Below, piece by piece: positions 56,565-64,000 of a DNA stretch of 64,000 bases (positions are counted from its first letter, which is position 1; every line of letters starts with the position of its first letter). The stretch comes from a virus. Taxonomy: Duplodnaviria; Heunggongvirae; Uroviricota; Caudoviricetes. Made by a program: the position numbers and the translations under genes. Location of the stretch: the IMG/VR virus record IMGVR_UViG_3300042483_000604, one strand, 5' to 3'. The notes beneath the pieces were generated by a model. It was not told the DNA's origin, ran no database searches, and saw only the letters and a program-made list of their open reading frames with translations.

Positions 56565-56596
56565 ATAAATATACGAACTTTTATTTTATAAAACAA
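56565..56596 (-). promoter_or_regulatory. promoter motif (tandem copy 2)
   Basis: sequence. Confidence 0.4.
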
Positions 56597-56616
56597 CTAC
56601 TGTTCTTTGGATTAAT

Positions 56617-56928
56617 TTATCCGTTTATTAATTTTTTTTTCTTAACTGGCTCACATCCATCATTGTTAATTGACGTAAGTTTTTGTTCTAATTTGTCTAC
56701 TCTGGAGTCTGTATAGGAAATACAGTCTGAGTGTAGTTTGTTTACTCGATCAACTTCCTGATCAATTCTACGATTTACTAATTCATCGTTTCTAGAAATC
56801 CAGTTCTGTATTTCAGTTAACTCTTTTTCTTGCTTTGCTACTTTGCTTGCTGTTCTAAACGCTACCACAACCCCCCATGCAAGGAGAGCTATACCAACCC
56901 CTAAAACAAATGCTAAAATTTGTTCCAT
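56617..56928 (-). CDS. membrane-anchored coiled-coil protein
   Basis: N-terminal TM helix. Confidence 0.4.
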   Translation of the reverse strand: MEQILAFVLGVGIALLAWGVVVAFRTASKVAKQEKELTEIQNWISRNDELVNRRIDQEVDRVNKLHSDCISYTDSRVDKLEQKLTSINNDGCEPVKKKKLING

Positions 56929-56969
56929 AATTTATAATTTTTATTTCAAAGAACAGTAGTTTAATTTTG

Positions 56970-57066
56970 TAGTCAGGACAGGATTCGAACCTGCTCCAGC
57001 TTTGCCATAAATAGTATATTTCAACTAAACCTTGGGGAGGTGCCACCAACCAATGGTCTCCTGACT
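56970..57066 (-). tRNA. atypically long (97 nt) tRNA-like gene, possible insertion/intron
   Basis: canonical T-arm and 7-bp acceptor pairing, but ~25 extra nt between D and T regions. Confidence 0.35.
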
Positions 57067-57071
57067 GTTTG

Positions 57072-57157
57072 GAATCGGTGAGGGATTCGAACCCTCATCC
57101 CGCTTAGAAGCGGTGTTACCCTCTGTCGGTATTCATTCCCGATTACACCAACCGATT
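57072..57157 (-). tRNA. class II tRNA (Leu/Ser-like), anticodon unresolved
   Basis: perfect GAGGG/CCCTC T-arm, 7-bp acceptor, variable-arm hairpin CCGC-TTCTAA-GCGG. Confidence 0.5.
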
Positions 57158-57283
57158 CTTTTTTTACCAACCTTGGTCTTTCAGGGTTTCTGATTGAGTG
57201 CAATAAGTGGCGCCTTCCTACTATAAACCCTTGTTCGGAAATTAATACACTCTACCTCTCAATTAACAGCGAGCATTGGTAAA

Positions 57284-57481
57284 TTACTTTGTAGTTGCAG
57301 CGTCGATTGAATCTTGTACTGCTTCTGTTGCGATAATTGCAGCCTCTTGAGTTGTATCAACTGCTACTGAATCAACTACTACTGCTGTTGAGTCTACTGT
57401 TGAGGTTTCAGCTGTGTTTACTTTGTTACAAGAAACTAATACTGTTGCTACTAATGCTAATGCTAAAAATACTTTTTTCAT
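57284..57481 (-). CDS. small lipoprotein
   Basis: signal peptide with LVSC lipobox; promoter 57509-57541. Confidence 0.5.
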   Translation of the reverse strand: MKKVFLALALVATVLVSCNKVNTAETSTVDSTAVVVDSVAVDTTQEAAIIATEAVQDSIDAATTK

Positions 57482-57508
57482 TTTTATTTTCTTTTGTTGT
57501 TAATAATA

Positions 57509-57541
57509 CTTAAAGATAAGAACTTTAATTCAATTGAGCAA
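57509..57541 (-). promoter_or_regulatory. promoter motif
   Basis: sequence. Confidence 0.5.
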
Positions 57542-57549
57542 CTTTTTTA

Positions 57550-57939
57550 TTAAAAAGATACTGTTGATAAAACTTTAATAACTGTAGTTTCTGGATCAAA
57601 ATCTTTATCTAAATGTTTTGCAACAATTAAATCAATTGATGCTCCGTTTTTTTGCTCAACCCATAATTCTTTTACAAATTTTGTTGAATTGATTTCATTT
57701 GTATCCGCATCTCTTGTGATTGTGAATACTGCTACTTTTGCTTGAGTTGGTCTCATATTATTTGGTATTAAATTTGAATGTGAATAATTAATTGTTGAAT
57801 TTCCTGATAAGGTTAGTCCAGATGTTACTTCTAATTTTGTTGATGGATTAATATTACCCATTCCTACTGTTCCGAGGTTTGTGTTGATAGTTGTTCCTGA
57901 ATATCCGTTTATTGTTGCTGTTCCTGTTGCTTCAAACAT
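57550..57939 (-). CDS. hypothetical protein
   Basis: ORF track. Confidence 0.45.
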   Translation of the reverse strand: MFEATGTATINGYSGTTINTNLGTVGMGNINPSTKLEVTSGLTLSGNSTINYSHSNLIPNNMRPTQAKVAVFTITRDADTNEINSTKFVKELWVEQKNGASIDLIVAKHLDKDFDPETTVIKVLSTVSF

Positions 57940-57943
57940 AATC

Positions 57944-58834
57944 TTAATTGTTATGGTTATTTAATACTTTTGTTACTTCTGTTACTACATGTTCCCATGT
58001 TACTGGTCCTGTTTCGTCTGCGTAAGGAGCTGGATCAGGTCTTCCTAATTTAATAAATGCTTCTACTCTTTCAACTGATGAAGCTGATTTATAATCTGAG
58101 AACCATTCTTCAAATTTTTCAAATGTTACTGGGTCATGGTATACCATTTTAATTGGTTTGTAAGATGTATTAGTTCTTGAATAAACTTCATCAAAGTCTA
58201 ATCCTAACTCTTTACATAATACTTCTCCGTCTTGTAAGATAGTAAATTTATCTCCTTCTAAGTAAGGTGTAAAATACCCTACTCTTTCTGCTTCCCAGTT
58301 ACCCATTCTAAAAGCTGCATCATCTGCATCTCTAAATTCTTGTCTACAGTCTGGATAAATTGCATGATCACCTGCATGGATACCCATTGCAATATCACAA
58401 GTCTCTCCTGTTCTATTTGCAACTGATAAAGCTACTGCTTGAGTAATAGAAGCAAATATTTTGTTTCTGTTAGGAACAACTGTTGCTTTCATATTATCTT
58501 CTGCATAGTGACCTTCTGGTACATCTTCACCTCCTGTTACTAAAGCTGAATCTAGTAAATCAACTAATCCTTTTAATTGGATTTGGCGATACATAACTTC
58601 ATTGTAGTTTTTTCCTACTACCGTAATTGTACCTAATTGATCTTGTTCCGCTTTTTCAGAGCAACCATTAAGGTACTCTACTAATGATTGAGCTCTCTCT
58701 AACTCTACTCTGTGTTTTTGACCATAGTCAAAGCTAATAGCTGTAACTGTGTCATACTCTTTTAGACATCTAAGTAATAAGGTACTTGAGTCCATTCCTC
58801 CTGATAAGGATACTACAACATGTTTTTTAGACAT
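57944..58834 (-). CDS. queC: 7-cyano-7-deazaguanine synthase with C-terminal extension
   Basis: VVSLSGGMDSST PP-loop motif; ~70 aa longer than a typical QueC. Confidence 0.7.
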   Translation of the reverse strand: MSKKHVVVSLSGGMDSSTLLLRCLKEYDTVTAISFDYGQKHRVELERAQSLVEYLNGCSEKAEQDQLGTITVVGKNYNEVMYRQIQLKGLVDLLDSALVTGGEDVPEGHYAEDNMKATVVPNRNKIFASITQAVALSVANRTGETCDIAMGIHAGDHAIYPDCRQEFRDADDAAFRMGNWEAERVGYFTPYLEGDKFTILQDGEVLCKELGLDFDEVYSRTNTSYKPIKMVYHDPVTFEKFEEWFSDYKSASSVERVEAFIKLGRPDPAPYADETGPVTWEHVVTEVTKVLNNHNN

Positions 58835-58885
58835 AATTTATAATTTTAAATAAGCCAGGTATTTTAAGCGTATAGGCAAACGCTT

Positions 58886-59080
58886 TTAGTTTTCTCTTAA
58901 TTCAAATTCTAATTCAGGATCACCGACTTTGTCATAACTGAATTCCCAATCTAAATCGCTATCGAATGTTTCCCAGAAAAGATCTTCATTTTCTTTATAC
59001 ATTGTTAATTGTTCGTCAGTAAGATTTACTTCATAAACATTAACATCTGTTACAGTTTCGTATTTTCTTAATGTAGCCAT
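58886..59080 (-). CDS. small acidic hypothetical protein
   Basis: ORF track. Confidence 0.35.
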   Translation of the reverse strand: MATLRKYETVTDVNVYEVNLTDEQLTMYKENEDLFWETFDSDLDWEFSYDKVGDPELEFELREN

Positions 59081-59085
59081 AACTT

Positions 59086-59331
59086 TTATAATTGATAACT
59101 TTGACGATCTCCTAAGGAAGGTTCTACTTCTGATTGTTCAGTTTTAAAATACTCTTGTAAAAATTCCCTCTTATAAAGCATTACCTTTCCTTTGTATCGA
59201 GTATTTGAAATTTCTCTAGTTCCTACTTCCTGTTTTGCTTTAAGAGCTGCTTTATATACTTTGTCTCCTAACTCTTGTCCTGCAGCATAACCTAAGTAAT
59301 CGTATAAAGATATTAATCCTCTTTCTTCCAT
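59086..59331 (-). CDS. hypothetical protein
   Basis: ORF track. Confidence 0.4.
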   Translation of the reverse strand: MEERGLISLYDYLGYAAGQELGDKVYKAALKAKQEVGTREISNTRYKGKVMLYKREFLQEYFKTEQSEVEPSLGDRQSYQL

Positions 59332-59472
59332 AACGATTTAATTCTGTATTTAATATACGAAATACTTCCTCCTACTGCAACAAAAAATGCAGAAATGTTT
59401 AGTAAATTAGGATGCCAATGCTCTCCACATAGTCCCAACGCATGTTTAAATGTCTCTACCATACTCTCTTTC

Positions 59473-59781
59473 TTAATCGATAGTAGTCATTGTTCGCATC
59501 TTTTGCTCAATAGAGTTCCAAGTTTCAATATATTCCTTTATTGTCTTGAAATGTTTATTTTCATTAAAGTTTAGTAACTCTTTTGAAACTGTTTTTAATG
59601 CATGATTGAATGTGGCTGGATAGCTTACAGTTCTTAGGTATGCTTTATCGTCTTTACCTCTGTTTACTCTTTCATAAACTGTGTAACCTCCTGATGGAGA
59701 ATGTGTAATGAAGAATGGCTCCATGATTGGATCCTCGATAAGGGTATCGCCTGCCGGTATTGTATCTGGATTACGTAACAT
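59473..59781 (-). CDS. hypothetical protein
   Basis: ORF track. Confidence 0.4.
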   Translation of the reverse strand: MLRNPDTIPAGDTLIEDPIMEPFFITHSPSGGYTVYERVNRGKDDKAYLRTVSYPATFNHALKTVSKELLNFNENKHFKTIKEYIETWNSIEQKMRTMTTID

Positions 59782-59793
59782 TTGTTTTGATTT

Positions 59794-60060
59794 TTAGTTT
59801 AAAATTAATTCTTTTAATTCTTCTACCCCTAGTCTTCCAGATGCAGCTTTTACTTCTACTCCGTCTTGAAGAACTACTGTGTGAGGAATTCCTCTTACCT
59901 TATGCTGACCTGATAAGTTTTCTGTATCTTCCTCTACATTAATTTCTAAGAAAGTAATCTCATCACTTTCTAACTCTTCTCTTACTTTTGTAAATGTAGG
60001 TCCATATACTTTACACGGACCACACCAATTAGCATAAAACTTAATTACCTGCTTTGCCAT
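59794..60060 (-). CDS. thioredoxin
   Basis: WCGPC active site. Confidence 0.75.
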   Translation of the reverse strand: MAKQVIKFYANWCGPCKVYGPTFTKVREELESDEITFLEINVEEDTENLSGQHKVRGIPHTVVLQDGVEVKAASGRLGVEELKELILN

Positions 60061-60252
60061 ATGCTCCTTTTGATTTGTAGTGATCAGCTTTGCTGAATTT
60101 ACTTTGTGATTGTTCTTGTTTAGGAACTGATGTTCTTCCTAAGGTTGGAATCCATTCCATTAGTTGAGTATAAATACTCTTTGCTGAATTTTTAGACATA
60201 TCCTTTATTTTTGATTATACTATAATATAGGTATTTTAATTGAGAAATACAA

Positions 60253-60459
60253 CTATTTCTCTACCTTTTTTATACCTCCCCACTTGAGCATATTGTTTAT
60301 TCTATTTTCTAAGGTAATAAAATCTCCTACCTCTACACAGTATTTAAGTTGACTCAATTGAAACTCTCTAGTACTATTAGGCTGTTCTTCGTCCCAATAT
60401 TCTGGATCTAGTTCGTACTTCTGTTTTTTGTATGTAATAGTATATTCTTTACCTTTCAT
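60253..60459 (-). CDS. hypothetical protein
   Basis: ORF track; promoter 60463-60494 abuts the start (near-leaderless). Confidence 0.4.
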   Translation of the reverse strand: MKGKEYTITYKKQKYELDPEYWDEEQPNSTREFQLSQLKYCVEVGDFITLENRINNMLKWGGIKKVEK

Positions 60460-60462
60460 ATG

Positions 60463-60494
60463 ATAAAGATACGAAATTTATTACATTTCTCCAA
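60463..60494 (-). promoter_or_regulatory. promoter motif abutting the start codon (near-leaderless transcript)
   Basis: sequence. Confidence 0.4.
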
Positions 60495-60936
60495 CAGCTT
60501 CTACTAAAGCTTTTTTAACTGCTCCTGAGAATGATGTTTTATTAAATGGTAAATTATCGTCGTTCAAATCTAAGAAAGTCGATTGAACTGTAGTGTTTGC
60601 TTCTCCTTGACCCCAATATTCTTCTCCTTTTACTAATAGTCTTAATTTTACAATAGTAATTTTTTTAGTTTTAGAGAATGGTCCTAAAGAGGTATTTGTG
60701 GAAGGTGCTTCAACTGATAACACTTCTACTTCAACTGGAGTTCCATCTTCACATATATCGTATTTTTCAGATAGAATTTCTTCAGTCATTTGTTTAATTC
60801 CGAATACAACTCTTTCTTTTTTCATTTCTGGTGCTTCAACTTGTGAAGACACTTTTGTTACTTTATAACATTCTTTAGTAGCTGTATCAGCTGATACTAG
60901 AAATACTAATGCTAATAATAAAAATAATTTTTTCAT
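60481..60936 (-). CDS. secreted hypothetical protein
   Basis: signal peptide. Confidence 0.45.
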   Translation of the reverse strand: MKKLFLLLALVFLVSADTATKECYKVTKVSSQVEAPEMKKERVVFGIKQMTEEILSEKYDICEDGTPVEVEVLSVEAPSTNTSLGPFSKTKKITIVKLRLLVKGEEYWGQGEANTTVQSTFLDLNDDNLPFNKTSFSGAVKKALVEAVGEM

Positions 60937-61021
60937 AATACTAAACTGTTTTATCTTCCAAAAAGGAAATTTGATACCTTATCGTAAAACCTTTCAAATA
61001 ATTGATTTAATTTTTTCATAA

Positions 61022-62449
61022 TTAAAATGTTAATTTACCTCCTGTTAATATTTGGTAATTTAAAAATTCTTTACCTGCTTCGTATACTCCTGTAAAACTT
61101 ACATTAAACTTAAATGTCTTAGTTATTTTTAAATCCCATGAATTAAATGGTACTACTATTATACCTGCATCCCACCATTTACCTTCATAGAACTGAGTGA
61201 ATGGAGAGTAAACTCCTAATACTAGTACGCTAGTACTAACTCTATCACTTAGTTTAAAACTACTATGTGCTCCACCTACAGCAGATAGGTTTAGTAGAGA
61301 TCTTTCTCCCATTTTACCCGCTGTAAAATTAACACCAAACATTCCTGTTAGTTTATTATTTACTTTATAAGATTCTAATACGGTAGTTGTACTAAAGAAG
61401 TTTTTATCAAAATCCATCATAATAGATTGAGCACCTACTGTATTTAATTTTTTAGATTTATTAATCCAAGACTTATAAAAAGTAACGTTCAAATTATTAA
61501 CACCTGAAGTAAAATTAAATAATACTCCTTTAATTCTAGTTCCCCTAGTATTGGCGTGAGTTATACTTCCTACAAATCTAAAATTCTGAGTTTGATCAGT
61601 ATTTGCAATAGCTACTATATCCCCAGAAGCAATTAAACTTCCTACACTCTTAGCTGCATTGTTAGATTTTTTACCACCACCTGATGTTCCTCCGCCTGAA
61701 CTTCCTCCGTCAGCTGATCCTCCATCTACAGAGTTCGATAAAGAGTTAGCTAAGTTGTTACTACTCCCGCTTGACCCTTCTACAGACGACTCAGACGTAG
61801 GACTTCCTGTCGAAGCTGGTTGATTTGGATTTGTAGTGTCTCCTCCTTGCTGAGGTGTTCCTGTTGAAGATCCTGTAGGTGTTCCTCCAGAAGGGTTAGG
61901 ATTGGTTTGGCTTCCTTGATTTTGGTTACCTGTTGGGCTTGTTCCAGCAGTTCCTGTATTTGTTCCTGAATTGGTATTTGAATCGGATTTTTTTTCATCT
62001 TTTGAGTTTTGGTTAGTACTACCTCCTTCACTTTGTGAAGAATTTGTTACGCCTCCGGCTGTAGCTGTCATAGAGCTTCCCATAGATCCTCCTATGGTTG
62101 CTATGGATTGAGCTACGTTTGTTACTGATATTACATTTGTAACAACAGTTAATGTATTAGCGACTGTTATATTAGTTATACTATTTACAATTGCTGTAGT
62201 TACTGATTCACAAGGTGAGTTAGAATTTTGTTGAGATACTTGAGCTATCCAGTTATCAAAGACTCCTGAGGAGAAATCATTTGCGGAAAATGTACTTTGG
62301 TTATCGAAGTAGTTTACCATTACCCCTCCACCGGCTGGTACGTAAATACTCTTTGATACTAGGGTACAAGGATCTTTGTAGGTATAGGTGTACTGGCCCC
62401 AGGAGGTCAGGACTGAAAATAGTGAAAATAATAATATCCATTTTTTCAT
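61022..62449 (-). CDS. secreted protein with Ser/Gly/Thr/Asn-rich linker and OMP-like C-terminal domain
   Basis: signal peptide; 150-aa low-complexity stretch; C-terminal alternating hydrophobic beta pattern ending in Phe. Confidence 0.45.
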   Translation of the reverse strand: MKKWILLFSLFSVLTSWGQYTYTYKDPCTLVSKSIYVPAGGGVMVNYFDNQSTFSANDFSSGVFDNWIAQVSQQNSNSPCESVTTAIVNSITNITVANTLTVVTNVISVTNVAQSIATIGGSMGSSMTATAGGVTNSSQSEGGSTNQNSKDEKKSDSNTNSGTNTGTAGTSPTGNQNQGSQTNPNPSGGTPTGSSTGTPQQGGDTTNPNQPASTGSPTSESSVEGSSGSSNNLANSLSNSVDGGSADGGSSGGGTSGGGKKSNNAAKSVGSLIASGDIVAIANTDQTQNFRFVGSITHANTRGTRIKGVLFNFTSGVNNLNVTFYKSWINKSKKLNTVGAQSIMMDFDKNFFSTTTVLESYKVNNKLTGMFGVNFTAGKMGERSLLNLSAVGGAHSSFKLSDRVSTSVLVLGVYSPFTQFYEGKWWDAGIIVVPFNSWDLKITKTFKFNVSFTGVYEAGKEFLNYQILTGGKLTF

Positions 62450-63159
62450 TAACTACGAAATATCCCCTTTTTAATCATTTTACTTACTACTCTTGAAGAA
62501 GCAGTTTCTAATGACTTTTTGGTAGATACTCCGATTGTTGATTGATTGAATTTTGTATCGTCGAGTCCGTCTAGTAGATTTGCTTTCTTCACTGTAACTG
62601 CTTCACCGGAACCTGATCCAGTAATTATTTCACCAGTTTGTGCATCCACAAATCTTATCTGTAACCCTATTATTGTTTTTTGTTTTATTTCTATTCCGTT
62701 GCCTCCTATTTCTTCATCTTCTCCAACTGAGAAATCATATACTTCAATGTATACAAAATATCTAGCTAAAACAACATTTCCTTTGACAACTATTTTATTT
62801 GATGAGATTCCTTTTGCTGATGCTTTATCTTGAGCAATCATGTTTTGTTTTATCTCATTTCTTTCTTCTGTAAATACAAATCTATTTGTTGATTCTAAAT
62901 ACTCTAATACAATATTTGAAACCCCTAAACCAACTCTTTTGTCTTTTAATTCAGGATACATTTCATATAACTCTTCATTAATACCAATTTTTAATATTTG
63001 AATTGGTATTTGAATAGTATCAGTATAATCAGATACAACTTCTAGAGACTGTTTCTTTTCGAAATCAGCCTTATACTCTTCAGTTTTAGTAGATCCTACC
63101 TTTTGGGCACAACCTACTATACTGAAAGCTAGAAATAATATTGTGAATAATCTTACCAA
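62449..63159 (-). CDS. lipoprotein
   Basis: signal peptide with VGC lipobox. Confidence 0.45.
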   Translation of the reverse strand: MVRLFTILFLAFSIVGCAQKVGSTKTEEYKADFEKKQSLEVVSDYTDTIQIPIQILKIGINEELYEMYPELKDKRVGLGVSNIVLEYLESTNRFVFTEERNEIKQNMIAQDKASAKGISSNKIVVKGNVVLARYFVYIEVYDFSVGEDEEIGGNGIEIKQKTIIGLQIRFVDAQTGEIITGSGSGEAVTVKKANLLDGLDDTKFNQSTIGVSTKKSLETASSRVVSKMIKKGIFRS

Positions 63160-63476
63160 GGTTCTTCTTCTGTTTTTGGTTTAGCTGGAGCAGGTGCTGC
63201 TTGAACAGGTGCTGCTTGTTGCTTAACGTTGTTAGAGTTTGAATTGTTTGATTGTTGTTTTTGTTGGTTAGTGTTATTGTTTTGTAAGTTAATAACAACA
63301 GGTGCTGCAGCTGGAGCTGCTACTTCAGTTTTTGGTTCTTCTTTATCTTCAGAGTGACCTCCAAATAGTTGTGTTGATAACCAAATACCTCCTCCACCAA
63401 TTACTGTAGTTAATGTTCCAATAATTGTTTTTTTCAATCCTGACCAAGTACCGTCGTTGTTTGTTTCTTCTGACAT
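63153..63476 (-). CDS. membrane-anchored low-complexity (Gln/Asn/Ala/Pro-rich) protein
   Basis: TM helix then QN/AP-rich repeats. Confidence 0.4.
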   Translation of the reverse strand: MSEETNNDGTWSGLKKTIIGTLTTVIGGGGIWLSTQLFGGHSEDKEEPKTEVAAPAAAPVVINLQNNNTNQQKQQSNNSNSNNVKQQAAPVQAAPAPAKPKTEEEPW

Positions 63477-63479
63477 AGC

Positions 63480-63974
63480 TTATTTTTTTATTATTTTAAA
63501 TGTTTTTGCGAAGTTCTTACTTCTTATATTTAATAAATAGTTACCACTTGGGTAAGCAGTTAAATCTCCATAAGTAGTATTAGGTCCTTTTGCAAAACGC
63601 TCTTTCCTTATATTTAGAAGATTACCTCCCATATCGAAGATTATGATTTCATAATCCCCACTTACCGGTAAAGACATCTCCATTGTTACAATTCCGTCTG
63701 TAGGTACTGGGTATGCTCTTCCATGGATTCCATCTTCATCTAATGGTGCTGCATTTCTATTATAGTTGATATATCCATCCGTATTAGTTACAGCGATATC
63801 CCACCCCTGTACATCTCCTGCTGTCTTTCTTCCTACTGTTATAGGAGTCTGAGCCCAGTTAGTACTAAGTACTGTGAATTTTAATATGAATAGTTCTGTT
63901 GGATTTGTTATAGAATGCTGTCCATGAGTCTTATCATACCCACCCCATCTTACTTTTCCACTTCCAGTATCCAT
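63480..63974 (-). CDS. protein with T9SS C-terminal sorting-domain-like tail (possibly N-terminally truncated by the window)
   Basis: C-terminus GNYLLNIRSKNFAKTFKIIKK resembles Por-secretion CTD consensus. Confidence 0.4.
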   Translation of the reverse strand: MDTGSGKVRWGGYDKTHGQHSITNPTELFILKFTVLSTNWAQTPITVGRKTAGDVQGWDIAVTNTDGYINYNRNAAPLDEDGIHGRAYPVPTDGIVTMEMSLPVSGDYEIIIFDMGGNLLNIRKERFAKGPNTTYGDLTAYPSGNYLLNIRSKNFAKTFKIIKK

Positions 63975-64000
63975 TGTATATGTTAACCAGGTCTGTGCTT

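Overview
AT-rich (~30% GC) window in which almost every gene is on the minus strand. It looks like the accessory/replication region of a large virulent Bacteroidetes (probably Flavobacteriia) phage. The reasons are: a family-A DNA polymerase, phage-encoded GroEL/GroES, a GH19 endolysin lysis cassette, HNH endonucleases, a minus-strand array of about 27 tRNA genes, and more than 20 copies of a Bacteroidetes-type promoter (TTG-N20-TAnnTTTAG). Three blocks stand out. (1) 9.2-21.1 kb is an unusual-sugar biosynthesis and transfer island with GT2 x2, GT4 x2, a 4,6-dehydratase, a DegT/E1-like PLP enzyme, a ThDP-dependent ALS/YerE-like enzyme, an HpcH aldolase, a methyltransferase, an SDR reductase and an HAD phosphatase. 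(2) A 7-deazaguanine DNA-hypermodification gene set (FolE, QueD, QueE, QueC, QueF-like, PurN-like formyltransferase, DpdA-like transglycosylase, PRTase) sits next to a ThyA homologue with insertions, a GT-B glycosyltransferase and a secreted non-specific nuclease. (3) An RNA-repair module comprises an Rnl-type RNA ligase, a polynucleotide kinase and a phosphoesterase. The 5' end carries a candidate replication origin (iteron arrays flanking a pyrimidine-rich AT tract), divergent promoters, a palindrome array and a structured ORF-free transcript. Several ORF-free structured segments inside and beside the tRNA array are candidate ncRNAs. tRNA boundaries and anticodons were worked out by hand and need tRNAscan-SE confirmation.
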